Assembly: GCA_028023455.1 (NCBI GenBank)
Contig: JAQFVV010000010.1
Span: 16,492,001 to 16,556,000 of the forward strand
Length of the DNA: 64,000 bases
Reading direction: 5' to 3'
Source: Epiperipatus broadwayi
Lineage: Eukaryota; Animalia; Onychophora
The notes beneath the pieces are model-generated. The model searched no databases. It was not told where the DNA came from and worked only from the letters and a program-made list of their open reading frames with translations. This document shows, piece after piece, positions 1-12,505 of the stretch. The translations under genes and the position numbers were made by a program. Position 1 is the first letter of the stretch. Every line of letters starts with the position of its first letter.

Positions 1-89
1 AAATCATTGATCTTGTTAATGTTAAAATATATAATTGTAATTATTAATGCTAATTTTATTATTACTTAATTACTGCTTTTTTTATATAG

Positions 90-155
90 ATCCAGAGGTG
101 GATGCGGCAGCAACAATGCTTGCCTTAAAAAATGGACCTCGCATTCAAGCAGAAT
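90..155 (+). CDS. FoxN3: FoxN2/3 (CHES-1-like) internal coding exon, 66 nt, phase 1-1
   Basis: Acceptor tttttatatag|A at 89/90 and donor T|gtaag at 155/156. Reads (D)PEVDAAATMLALKNGPRIQAE, matching the FOXN3 segment [22 protein letters not shown] as I recall it. Confidence 0.9.
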
Positions 156-999
156 GTAAGAAATGTATTATTAAGACATTTTTACATGTCATTGTTAATA
201 TTGATTTGTAATAATTTTAAGAGCTTTATTATTCTTCAGCATGTATTGTGTGTATATAGTAGTCCGTTACAATTTTGTTCCAAACCTTATTTGATAATAA
301 GCCTAACTACAGCACATATTTTATTTTTTCTATTTAATCCAATTCATGATTAATTAATTCAACTGAAAACAAGTATATGTTAATTTTTAAATTAATTTTT
401 TTTTGTTTTGATTGTATTCGAAATTTGTTTTAGATTTTTTTTATTAGAATTAGAGCCCATTGGGAGTACAAGTCGATTAAGATTAACTTATATTATTTTT
501 AAATAGCAGTTTGAAATAATATTTTTATTGACACTTCAATAAAAATAATTTGTTTACTTTATTGTTCTGGTTGTTTTGGTTTTTTTTTTAACATAAAAGT
601 AAACATATATATTATTTAAAGAATTATCTTGTTATTAATAAAATAAATGAATACTATATACAGAAAATATTTATTCAAAACTTTAAAAAATAGGAAATTT
701 ATAATAGAAGAATAAAAAGATCTATTGTTGCTATTTGTGAAATATTGGGTTTGCAGTGTCTAGCAATTAATTGTACTGCAAACTAAAATTATTATTTTTT
801 ATTAATTTCTAATTTTTATCAAATATTGTATATTATTTTGAATTGTGGATAACAAATTGCAAATATAGAAGTCATAGATATGTTTGCAGGGGCCTTCATT
901 CACTACAATTATTTAGTTTCAGAGTGAAAAAAGCAGATGAAACAAATTCATGATGGACAGAATCCAAATTCCCATAAGAATAATGTTAATAACATTTAA

Positions 1000-2450
1000 A
1001 TGAAATCACAGGATTAAATCATCATTATTCATTAGAAAATTGGCTTAATGTCCATAGGTGTATAATATTTTCTTCACCAATTCTTTTCTCTAATATTTAC
1101 AAGAACACTAAACTAGCATAAATTAGCTTTTTTTAATACTATTTATCTACTTTTTTAAAGATGTTCTTCTTTTGTTTGTACCTTCTACAAAATTGAAAAT
1201 TAGTGGTTTTAGTTTCTGATGATCATTCATTCTACATATATGGTAAACAATTGTAATTGCCCCTCAACTTTCTTCCACAAAATTTTTCTCTATCATTTTT
1301 TTTTGTACAATTTTCATTGCAAACTTTTTTTCTTCTTTTAATCTTCAATAATTTTCTCCTGCATATTTTTCAAATACTAAAATCTTCTCACCGAGTTCTT
1401 TTGTCATTACTCATTTTCTCAACAGCATAATACACTAATAATATGCATGTTTCCAATATAAAGGAGGACTCAAAAATAACCGAAATTGTTCTCTGATAAG
1501 TGTGCCTGGTATCATACGTGTATCTGCTATTACACATCTTTTGCGGTGACCTTTTGCATCAATCTTCCAAATTATGTTCCTGTGTGAAATCATGCTGCTA
1601 CATAGCACATTTTTTGTAAAGTGTGTTTGCTGTATTTGGCGTTTTTTTGTAATGGTTTAAAAGTTGGAATAATATGAAATTCAGTTTTCATTTTGGAAAC
1701 ATAGTTGTAATACTTGAAACAGATTATAAAAAAGCTGTTCTCTGGGAAAAACACAAGTTCATGAATGATTTAATGAATTGACAAATTCACCATGTCCCAA
1801 AAAAGTGTAGGAGAGAAATCCATTGTCAAGATAATGCTATTTTTTTTTATTCTTGCAAACAACATTTTTCTCTCTAAATTAGTTATTAACAGTCAGACGT
1901 TTTATCTACAAGTTCTGAAGCATTTGCATGATGCAGTAAAATGTTCAATATCTTTTTTTGCGCAAAATGAAGAGTGTAAGTTTCTCCACAGCAAATCCTC
2001 TGTGAGCAGTATTGAGTGTGAAACAATTTTTAATTAAATTCAACATGATCCCACTCATCTATCAGTCATATTCATTCAATCTCTAATTGTGTGACTTCTT
2101 TTTATTCTCTCAAGTGAAAAAATGCCTCAAAATTTTTTTATTTGCTGACTTAAAAGGGATGAAAAAAAAAATGACTCTGACATTAAAAGGCTTTACTTTG
2201 TGTTTCCAAATTATTTTGAAAAGTGAGAAACGCTTTTACACTTTAAAAAAAACTGAACATTTTTTTATTATAAAATTCTGGTTATTTTTGGGTTCCTCCT
2301 TGTATATCTGATTTGGATTGTGATCTCATTTAATTTTTCAGACCCGGCCTCTAACTTTTAGATATGTTTTTACTGTGATTGTTTTTGTTTTTTTATCTTT
2401 TGAAAGTTAAAATCATTAATCATATTACTTTCAAAATATACAAAACTTTA
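1000..2450 (-). mobile_element. Possible highly degenerate transposase remnant, superfamily unresolved
   Basis: Minus strand has purine-rich, coding-like stretches with broken motifs (EHFTA..., IILTMDFS, KGHRKRC) and many stops; no termini found. Confidence 0.25.
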
Positions 2451-2664
2451 TACATCACCTAGTACAGGTTTATCTATTTTGATTATTCTTTTTATTTTCT
2501 TTCTCAAGCACCATTGTCTTTGTTTAACGTGATGAATATGATTTAATGATTTTTCATAAATGATTTTATTAATGGATTGTGAAATTCTCATAAATTTATT
2601 TATTGGATGTATGTTTGTGGACATTTTTAAATTAAAGTGACTAATAATAATTTTTGCTATATCA

Positions 2665-3169
2665 TTAGTATTAAATTACTAAACATCGCACTATCACTAT
2701 TTTTTATGCTTGCACATAACTGTTATTAAAACAGGCAAAACTCTCCATATAGTAATGCCACTCAGTACCAGCCAGAATAATCAATGGATGCCAGAAAGCT
2801 TGTGCATAAACTCCCCATCTATATAACTATAAAAGCTATTGACTATATATATGACTATATAAGCTATTGAGTTTAGATTGAAAATATTATTATGTTTTCA
2901 AATTTTATTCTCATAGTTTTGTAGTTAAGTAGAGATAAAAAGTGGCTGCTGGAGGGTTGCATTAGATCCTAAGATCTAGGTGCAGTGCTCTCAGATCCAA
3001 GGCTCCTCACTGGCGAAGGCCACAAGCCAGAAACTAGTCTGGAGATATTGGATGAGTAGGCACTAGATGGGGAGTTTATGCACAAGCTTTCTGGCATCCA
3101 TTGATTACTCTGGCTGGCACTGAGTGTTGCTACTATATGGAGAGTTTTGCCTGTTTTAGTAATAAATTA
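2665..3169. mobile_element. PLE-type fold-back insertion, family A copy 1
   Basis: Inverted arms 2727-2821 / 3064-3158 (about 95 bp, few mismatches). TSD TTAGTA(T/A)TAAATTA at 2665-2678 / 3156-3169 (13/14). Unpaired tail 2679-2726. Hammerhead in the loop. Homologous to 3692-4519. Confidence 0.8.
2995..3053 (+). ncRNA. Minimal type I hammerhead ribozyme, core mutated (CTGGCGA)
   Basis: ATCCAA..TCCTCA CTGGCGA AGGC cacaa GCCA GAAAC TA GTC TGGAGA..TTGGAT. Same fold as 4294-4353 but core position A6 is changed, so probably inactive. Confidence 0.7.
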
Positions 3170-3820
3170 AATGGAATTTTTTTTGTCTAACATATGTAGT
3201 AAAGTTTGTTTCTTTTAAAATGTTTGGTGTTAAACACATTTCAGCCATATTATGGTCAGTGAAAACAGGCTTGCTGCGCGACTAAGAAGTGCTTTTGTGC
3301 AAGGTAAATTTTAGTGCCCCCTCCCTCTTCCATTCTATGAAATAAAATTTGTAAATTAAAAAGTTATTTTTTCCCAGCGCTTTTGCAAGAAAAACTTAAA
3401 AAATTAGGTTTAGTCATTTAAAAAGTGTTCAGTAAATCTTATGTGTCTTCTTCATTTATTTCTATAAAATAAATATGGGAATGTAAAATATAAAATTTAA
3501 TGCTACAGAAAAAAGTTGAGTAGTTTATGATATCCAAATAGAAATTGCTTTGATTATAGGAAAAGATTGAAAGGATTTAGTTTAAACCAATTCAAAGTAC
3601 ATTAATGAATGATTTTCAGTAGAGACAATACTTTATTTTATTAATAACACATTAAATAATTGATACTAAAGTATCTTTTGATTGAATGGTCTGTAAATTA
3701 GGACTTAAACAATTCAAAATACAGCAAAACTCTCCATATAGTAGTGCCATCTTGTGCTAACAAGAGCAATCAATGGATGCCAGAAGGCATGTGCATAAAA
3801 TCCCTATCTAGTGCCTACTC

Positions 3821-3880
3821 ATCCAATATCCCCAGACTAGTTTCTGGCTTGTTGGCCTTCATCAGTGAGGAGCCTTGGAT
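3821..3880 (-). ncRNA. Hammerhead ribozyme, inverted copy of 4294-4353
   Basis: Reverse complement of the 4294-4353 motif within the left arm. Confidence 0.85.
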
Positions 3881-4293
3881 CTGAGGGCACTGCACCTAGA
3901 TCTTAGGATCTAATGCAACCCTCCAGCACCCACCTTTTAACTCTATTTAACTACAAAACTATGAGAATGAAATTGAAAACACTATTAATATTTTCAACCC
4001 AAGCTCAATAGCTTATATAGTCATATGGGTCTGAACTCAATTCAGTACCCATACATTTTGGTGTCTTTGGCTCTTTAACAACCATAGCCACCACTATCCT
4101 ATTAGGCAGGATTGGTGATAAACCACTAAACATCACATGATCACTATCTCATACTAGCACAATAATTGTTATTAAACAATTCAAAATACAGCAAAACTCT
4201 CCATATAGTAGTGCCATCTTGTGCTAACAAGAGCAATCAATGGATGCCAGAAGGCATGTGCATAAAATCCCTATCTAGGTGCAGTGCTCTCAG

Positions 4294-4353
4294 ATCCAAG
4301 GCTCCTCACTGATGAAGGCCAACAAGCCAGAAACTAGTCTGGGGATATTGGAT
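4294..4353 (+). ncRNA. Minimal type I hammerhead ribozyme, intact core
   Basis: Stem I TCCTCA(4303-08)/TGGGGA(4340-45) plus ATCCAA/TTGGAT; CTGATGA 4309-4315; stem II GGC/GCC; GAAA 4330-33; palindromic stem III ACTAGT; GUC site, predicted cleavage after 4339. Confidence 0.88.
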
Positions 4354-7300
4354 GAGTAGGCACTAGATAGGGATTTTATGCACATGCCTTCTGGCATCCA
4401 TTGATTGCTCTTGTTAGCACAAGATGGCACTACTATATGGAGAGTTTTGCTGTATTTTGAATTGTTTAATAACAATTATTGTGCTAGTATGAGATAGTGA
4501 TCATGTAAATTAGGACTTATGAAATTATATAGAATTAGAAATATATATTAGAATAAAATACCTATTTAAAGAAGAGATAAGTAAAGATCCCATTTGACTC
4601 AAGTATTACATGTATTATTTATAAGCAATGTTCTTCTGTAGTAAATAATATAACTTGAACTGGTTAATACATTAAATTTGATTATTTAGATGTATTAGCA
4701 AGATACCGAGATCAAACTTAAAGAAAAGGAAATATTATATTGATAAAAAAAAATTAAAAATCTTTGTAAAACAAAGTTGGGAAAATAGATAAATAGTAGA
4801 AAATTAATCAGTAATTTTTTTCAGTTTTCACATAAAACGGCAAATATGATGCAGAGTAAATCAAGTGATGTATTAGTATCAATTTGTATTTATGTATATG
4901 AGATTCTTAGCCCAAGGAGAGATACAGCATATTTTTGATAATTTAAGCAAAGGACCACCTGTTTATATGTGTAATTCTAATCTAATAGATTAACAAAATA
5001 AACTTAATTCATATTGATTTTTCAAATTTTAAAATTAAAGTTTAAAAAATGCTTGCGATGTTGGTTTTTAAGCAAGTTATATTGATTTTTAAACTTTTGA
5101 TAATAATTAAAGAAGTCTAGTCTAGCTTAAATAATTGTTCATTGGCAAGTGAATTTTTATACAAAAAAAATGGTGATAACAGGAAAATAAAACAAGCCTT
5201 TTAACAAAATATTTTTTAAATATTCAATCTCCAAACATAATATATATTTGCTAATTTTTTTGTTTTTAATAGTGCATTTTTCATTTTTAGCTCAATTCTA
5301 TCACAAGACCACCTTCTCATATCACAGATCCATTAGTAACATTCACTTTTTCAAGTAATTCATATCGCACATGTTATTATTTAACTTCATATATACATTA
5401 ATTTTAGAGATATTTAATATGTATTTAAATATCTTTCAAACTTCTATTCCATCATATATTACTGAAATATATAATTAGAGATATGAAAAAGATAAATAAT
5501 ATATAGTTCATTCTTAATTTTTGCAAGTATTATGTTATAAAATTTATATTTTAAATGTAAGAAACTCTTTAATCCTAGTTTATCTATAGTGACCATCCTT
5601 TTTTTTAGATTGAAAGATTGAGCATTTTAAAGAAATAAATAAAATTTATGTATTTAATTAAATGATAAATTGTGCATGTGATGATAGTAAAATGCTGTGA
5701 GCTTTGTATTTATTATTTACTTTTTTTTTGGTCTCAAAATAAATGGCATGTTTTTTCTCTTTCTTCTTATAACTGGAGAATTTCTTTCTTACTTTTTTTT
5801 AAATAAAAATGTCTTTAAAACAATTAACTTTAGGCCAGTCTTTTCTCACTCTGATATTTGATCTTAATTAATATGGTAGTTTTTTTTGTTTGTATATGCA
5901 AATCTTTTATCTTTTTTTAATTTTTATAAATAAATCTTACATTTTCAGATATCAATTAAAGCATAAAATTTGTCCAAAATAAATTAATGATAACATAAAA
6001 TTATTTATTCAAAAAAAAAAAAACTTCTATCTAAAGATGTAATGATTATTTTATTAAAATTGTATATACAGTGCTACATAATATATAATATTTTGAAGAA
6101 ATGAATTCTGAATACTGGCTTTTTAAATGCAATTCTCTCTAGTATTAAAATTAGTCTAGAAAGCAGATGGAAAATGACTCCATATCCATCTGCAATTTAT
6201 GCTTATATGTGGGTGGTAGATTTAGACAATGGTAAATAGGAGAGCAAATTTGCAAGATTATTAAAATGTGTATTTGATTACTCTGACTTATGAATATTTT
6301 CGTAATTATCATTGACTAAAAGAGCATGATCCGTCAATGGAAATAGATTCATTTTTCATGTGCTTTGAATATTGACTTTGATATTAAGAAACACTGCATT
6401 TAATATAGCCAGTGGTCAAAGATTCATCTTTTCAAAATTTTATATATAACCATATATATTTTGTAAATAATAGGTAGTTAGTGTTTTGAATTATAATATC
6501 TAAATTATGTTTTACACAAACAGTATTTCAATAAGTAATCTTTAAATTTTTTATTTATTTATATTTTAGTAGGATTTGATATCTTCATTTGTACATATCT
6601 ATTGTTTATTTTCTCTGTTTTTTCTGAAAAACAGTAATCAAGACTTCGTGTATGTATTTACAAAAAGTTTATAAATATTTAAAGTCACAAAACTTGGAAG
6701 ATGACTAGATGCAAAACAATCAATAATTCTACTATATTATAAAATGTCTCATTTCTAATTTATAAACTATGATAAAACTCACAGAAATAAATTTCAAAGA
6801 AACTTCTTCATTCCAGGCTCTTAAACATCACTTAAATACAAGTCAGAGTTAACTGAAATTTTATATAAAGCCAAGTTTTTATTAGTTTATTTGAAAGTGT
6901 GAAAGAGATGTAATACACTATTTTGAAAGGGGAAGTTTTTATATTGCTAATTAAAACCTTCTAATTTTATTCTAACTAGATAAGAATTATAGCTATATGT
7001 TTTTTTTTATTTTCTTACCATAAGTATGAATACAGAAAGACAAAAAGAAAGAATGGTATTAATGTGTTGATTTTTGTATAAACAAATATATTCTACTGAT
7101 GTAGGGACTTCATTTTCCTTTTTATAAACCTCGCCAGTTGAATTAAATATACATATATAGATAGAGTTTTTATACGTATTATTCAAAAACTTCTATTATC
7201 CAAACAAAATTTCAAAAGTGATTATTAATCTTTTACAATTAATAAATTATTTAAATCTCACAACAAAGCCTGATTATGAGTGCTGTGATTCTGGTCGTAG

Positions 7301-10300
7301 CTGTGGAAAATCTGCTCTGCAAGTTTTAAAACACTTTTAATACCAAATAATCTTTTCTTTTTCAACATTGATATATATTTACATAAATTAATAAATTAGT
7401 TTGCAAACAAAATTAAATAAAAAACCTGTACACAGAAAGTTTTATATATAAACAAAACTATATATAGTAAAAATAATAGTTTGTTGTGTTTTTTTAACAG
7501 AATTTGAATTTAAATTGAGTTGGTAAAAGATCTACTTTCTGGGATTCATAAAAAAATACACAAATCCAAAAAACCCTGGAACAAAAGATTTCAAATTAAT
7601 AGTGTTTTACTTGTAATATAATGTTACACAAATTATTATATTAAAGGGTTGAAATTTATAGCATACAAATTCGATTGAGCGTTGAAGTTTCTTCTAGAAA
7701 ACCCACAGAATAATAACCATTTTCTGAATTACAAATGATGACAATATGTTTCATAACACTGATTTCCAGAAACTTCTTTTATCAATTGTGCCAAGTCTGC
7801 TAAGCATGTTAATCTTGAATCAAAAAGATGTTATTTGTTCTTTTTGAAAGAACAAAGTCACTAATGTTCTATTTTTACATATTTAATACTCTGTTAAGTT
7901 TAATTAAAGAAAATAAAAAGTAAACATCTCAGTTTGGTTAATTGAATTATTATGCTCAAAAGCTGCAGATCGTACAATTATTTTCAATATTTATCAGCAT
8001 GACCAACACTAAGTATCTATAATAATATATAAATTATTAAAGAGCTGAAATTTATATGAATTAGCATTAAAATAATACCAAGAATGGAGTTACAGTATTT
8101 TAATCAGGCAATAAGGAAGAGAATGATATTGTAGTTATCAAAGTGTTTTAGTGTAATCTTAATTATCAGAATTTTATATAGACACTTAGGCTCAATACTA
8201 TCACTAGCCTCCAGATTGCCTACATTTGATTTCTGGCAACTTCATTTTATTTTTAATCCCTTTTATCTTTAATATATTTGATGTCTATAAAAATTAATAT
8301 AAATATTATTGTTATCATTGCGTGATCTTTTCTACATTATAGATCATCCAGGATTATCAAAACTGTCTTATCAAGTAATCATGTCTAGCTGTATTTGCTT
8401 AATCTGCTTTATATAAGCCAATTCCTCAAGAGATAAGTTATTTCATTATAAACTTTTATTCATCATTGCTATAATAACTTTGCAACATTAATGAGGCTAG
8501 TGAAGTATCTTCTTATTTCAAAGTCTACAATGTAAACAATAAGTAAAATTATTGTCCACTTAATGATAGGACAAGTAGACTTCTATAGTTTGTACCTAAT
8601 TATCTTTATTTTGACAGATCTGTATAAATAATCTGGAAAAAATGAGTGGTACTTATTGATTTTTAATATTAATGAAAACTATTATTTATATATATCTGAT
8701 GAAAAGAATAATTTCAATTATCTCGATAGATATGTTAATTTAGATAATTTACTATACAATTGTTGATATAACTAACAAATCAGTATAGTTTTAGAATTCA
8801 CATCTTTAGTTTACTAAAAATTATTTTGGCATCTTAATGAACGTACAATCTGATATTGCCGTGAGTCTTTAATGTTATTACTTTCAATATAACTATATTA
8901 AAGATAGTTCTGAAATTAAACACATTTATATAATTATTATTTGGAATGTGACAAAAGTTTGATTTTTCAGGTAGCATTTATTTCAATGGAGATGTCAAAT
9001 ATGTGAACAACAATTTTATCGAAAGTTGAGTGTATTTTGATCTGTTTGAATCTCATAAAGATTTTAGCATAATTTTTAATCTCTATAAGATGGGGTATTC
9101 TGTAATTAGTAATTTTTTAATTTGAGGATGTCATTTTTTTATATATAGAGTGATGCTAATTTTATATCCAAAATCTTGTAGAGTGATTAATCTCATATTC
9201 GTGGATATAAAATGTATTAATGCTAAAAGTTTTTTGATAAAAAATATCGTGTTTATTTATAATATATGAACACTTTTTAAAGCAATTTTATTTCCTACCT
9301 ATTTTAGTTCAATCTTCAGCCTTCAACAGAGATCTGTTTATTATATAATCTAGATAATAGTTTAAACAGACCTGTAATTAAGGTTGCAAGTTCAGCTAAA
9401 ACAGAGAGGAAATAAAATTAATTTAAAAATGCTAAAGGAAGTAATGTGTTATATCATATTTATTTGAAAATAGCCGCAGAAAGGTATAGTTGAAGAACTT
9501 TTTCAAAATATTAGTTATATTATTCAGAGCAAGAGGTTTTTTATTTCTTTTAAATTTATAGAGAATAATGTTATTTTATGGATTAATTATTCCCCATATA
9601 AAAAATGTTTGAATTATGTCATGTCATCTAATCAAAAGCCATTCCATAAATTATTTTGTATTGTTTATGAGTGTTTTAATAATTAAATATACTGTGTATG
9701 TTTATATTTACTCATGTAAATTTTGTTTCACATTCATCAAGGTTAAACATTTAAAAATAATGACATATATTTAGGATTTTAGAATGAGTATACTTATACA
9801 TATTCTCTATTTGAAAAGTAATTTAATTTTGTAATGTGGAAACATGTTCAGAAAACAAAGCTTTTTATTTAGATTGTCTTCTATAGATAGCTGTAATTGT
9901 CATCTTGCAAGGGAGTTAATAAATGTGCAGTATATAATAGAGCAAATTGATTCAAAACTTTATACTCACTTTGAAAAATACATAACCTAATCCTAACAAT
10001 ACTAAACTTTGAGAAAATTGTGTGAAAAAATTCATACCAATTATTTTAATATATAGTATTTGAGTTATTTTTAAGTTATCAGTTTTACATTTTGCTGTTT
10101 TCAGTGCTATTTTTAAATGATATTTTTCTCTCCAATGTTTTAGCTGGCTAGTAGTTTTTTCTTCAGGATTTTTATTATGTATATTACAAATTGGGTGTCA
10201 TACAATATTAAGATAATATATTTATAGTCCTAAAGAAAATTGCTAGTTATTCAAAATATTGGAGAAAAAAAATTCAACAAAATTGAAAACAAGTCAATAA

Positions 10301-10547
10301 AATAAGAAATTGCTATCTTAATCAATGTAAATAGAAAAGAAGAAAATGAAAAAACAATTTTGTATAAAGGGTGTACATATACATTTTATGTTTTAATTTA
10401 AAACTAGATTAGTGAAAAATCTTCCACATTCAGTTTTATATTTATTGTATAATACTAATATTTTTAATATTAGAATTTTAGTTTTGTTATATATAAATGT
10501 ATATTATGGAAATAGAAAAATATATATTACCTATATTGTTTTTGTAG

Positions 10548-10614
10548 TACAATTAAACTATTTAAAGTCTGAAAATGCACATAGGAGAAGATCTAAGCGC
10601 AAAAGAAAATTCAG
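10548..10614 (+). CDS. FoxN3: FoxN2/3 internal coding exon, 67 nt, phase 1-2, basic NLS-like segment
   Basis: Acceptor attgtttttgtag| and donor AG|gtataa. Reads (L)QLNYLKSENAHRRRSKRKRKF(R). Its phases exactly bridge the phase-1 end of exon 90-155 and the phase-2 start of exon 27028; other candidate exons I tried in the intron failed on phase or stops. Confidence 0.78.
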
Positions 10615-12505
10615 GTATAATTATTCCTTTTTATTGAATAGTTTTTGAAGAATATTAGAATAAATCTACATTTGTATGTATACTAAATTTTTTTGCCCAG
10701 TAACATTGATGATCAAGAATCTTTTGCCACTAAGTTTATACAATCCAAAAACCTTGTATTCTTCAATATCTCATTTAAAGCTATTTATAAAATAATGAAC
10801 ATTTGTTTAAGTACTTTTTTAGGAAAATCCCACTTTTTCACATTATTTTTATCATGTCTTTATTTTTTAATTATTTAAAACTTTTTTTAAAGGTGATTTA
10901 AGTTTGTTTGTTTGGTTTTTTTTCTGAAAAGGAAGGTTATTCATATTTAAACAGATGATACAGAAATACTATTTTGCCATTAAAATAAAAGCGCTGATAA
11001 AAATTATAAACAAGAAATAGCAATTGCATTGTGATTTAGATATTTTAAGGAAATTGAAAAAAACTTTAAACAGTTATAGGAAGAAAACAGTGGTCTTATA
11101 ATAAACAGAAATTCAAAATGTGAAATGAAGTAATAGAAAATTTAAAAAAATATTCAGAAAATATTTTGAATACATATAAGTTAGGTAATCTCAATTGTTT
11201 TCATATTCATTACTGATAAATTCATGATTATATAATTGTCAAATCTCTTTGTTTGAGAAAATATTTACAAATATTTTTTAACTACTGGAATGTAATAATA
11301 ATCATTTTCAGTCATAATTGATTTGATGTAAGATGAAGATCATTCCAAATTTGATTTAAGTCATTTTAGCAATTATCTGTAGTCCTATTTTCATGCTTTT
11401 ATCCATTAGCTTTTTAATATTTTTTGAAATTCTGAAGCATTATTTACAAAAACAATACTTCATATATAAAATCTAGACAATTTAAGTAATTTCCATTTAT
11501 TTTAATTCTCTTAGCTTCTTATTTAAAATACAAAATACTTTCTGTAAAACTGTTGCTAAAGTTTTGAAGATACCCTTCTATCATTATGAAATTTAATCAC
11601 TATTTTTCATAATTTACAAATGCAATATAAAATAGGAAATATAAGCATGAATTCCTCTTAATACTTGGATGTGATATACTGGTACTATAATCATTTGTAA
11701 ATCTACCTTGTGCTTTTGATTATCTGAATTGTAGGGATCTTAGTAAATATCTTAAAACTATTAGGTGGTCTGTGATTTTTAATATGTATTTTTTTTCTAT
11801 CTTTATTAAATATCAATATCACTGCACTCTTCTACATCTTTATCATTTTAGACATTTGGTATATATCTTTGCCAATAATTTCTTTTATTATTTTTTTTAA
11901 AGATATCAATAATAATTTTACATCATTTGTAGTTTTTCTCTCATTCATAGATTTAATTGCATGTCTTACCTCTTCTTTGAAAATACTTAGCATTTCAGAA
12001 GATATTTTTATAATCGTAAAGTTACTTAAATTTTTTCATTTTCCTTACTAAATAATTCTTTGTAGGACTCTTTCACACAAATATATGCTGTCCTACTTCT
12101 TTTTAGTAACAGTGCCATTTTCTCTGTTTATTGCTCAGACAACTTTTTCTAAAATAAAGATATGTCATCTTTTTGAGATTTGTTTTCCCTTATAGTTTTC
12201 TTTGCCAATTCACAATTATATTTTCTTATCATCATTAACTTTTTTTTTTTATATTATTATATAGAATTCTCTTCTGCAAAATAGATCATTGTAAAATATT
12301 TCCATATTCTTTATTCTCTTTATATATTGTCTTGTCTCGGGGGAAATTTATTGGTAAATTGTTACTTTTTTTTTTTACCCTTATGGGGGGAGGATAATCA
12401 TTAGTAGAATTTTAATAATCTTAGTGAATTCATTTAAGTCAGAACCATCGTTGAAATCTATTAATATTTTAAAACAATTTACAAATACTAGTTGTTTTAT
12501 TTATA

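Larger units (their letters stand above)
3692..4519. mobile_element. PLE-type fold-back insertion, family A copy 2 (three partial copies in one insertion)
   Basis: Perfect 16-bp TSD TGTAAATTAGGACTTA at 3692-3707 / 4504-4519. IR 3705-3901 / 4273-4469 (one mismatch seen), direct repeat 3705-3811 = 4172-4278, IR 4135-4278 / 4363-4506. Confidence 0.88.

Noticed and set aside
132-353. 73-aa ORF, and 10412-10648 as a stand-alone gene
   Set aside because: The first is out of frame with the real exon and runs into the intron; only 10548-10614 of the second is supported by splice sites.
8343-8374. Alternative FoxN bridging exon YHPGLSKLSYQ
   Set aside because: Ends in phase 0, incompatible with the phase-2 terminal exon; 10548-10614 fits exactly.
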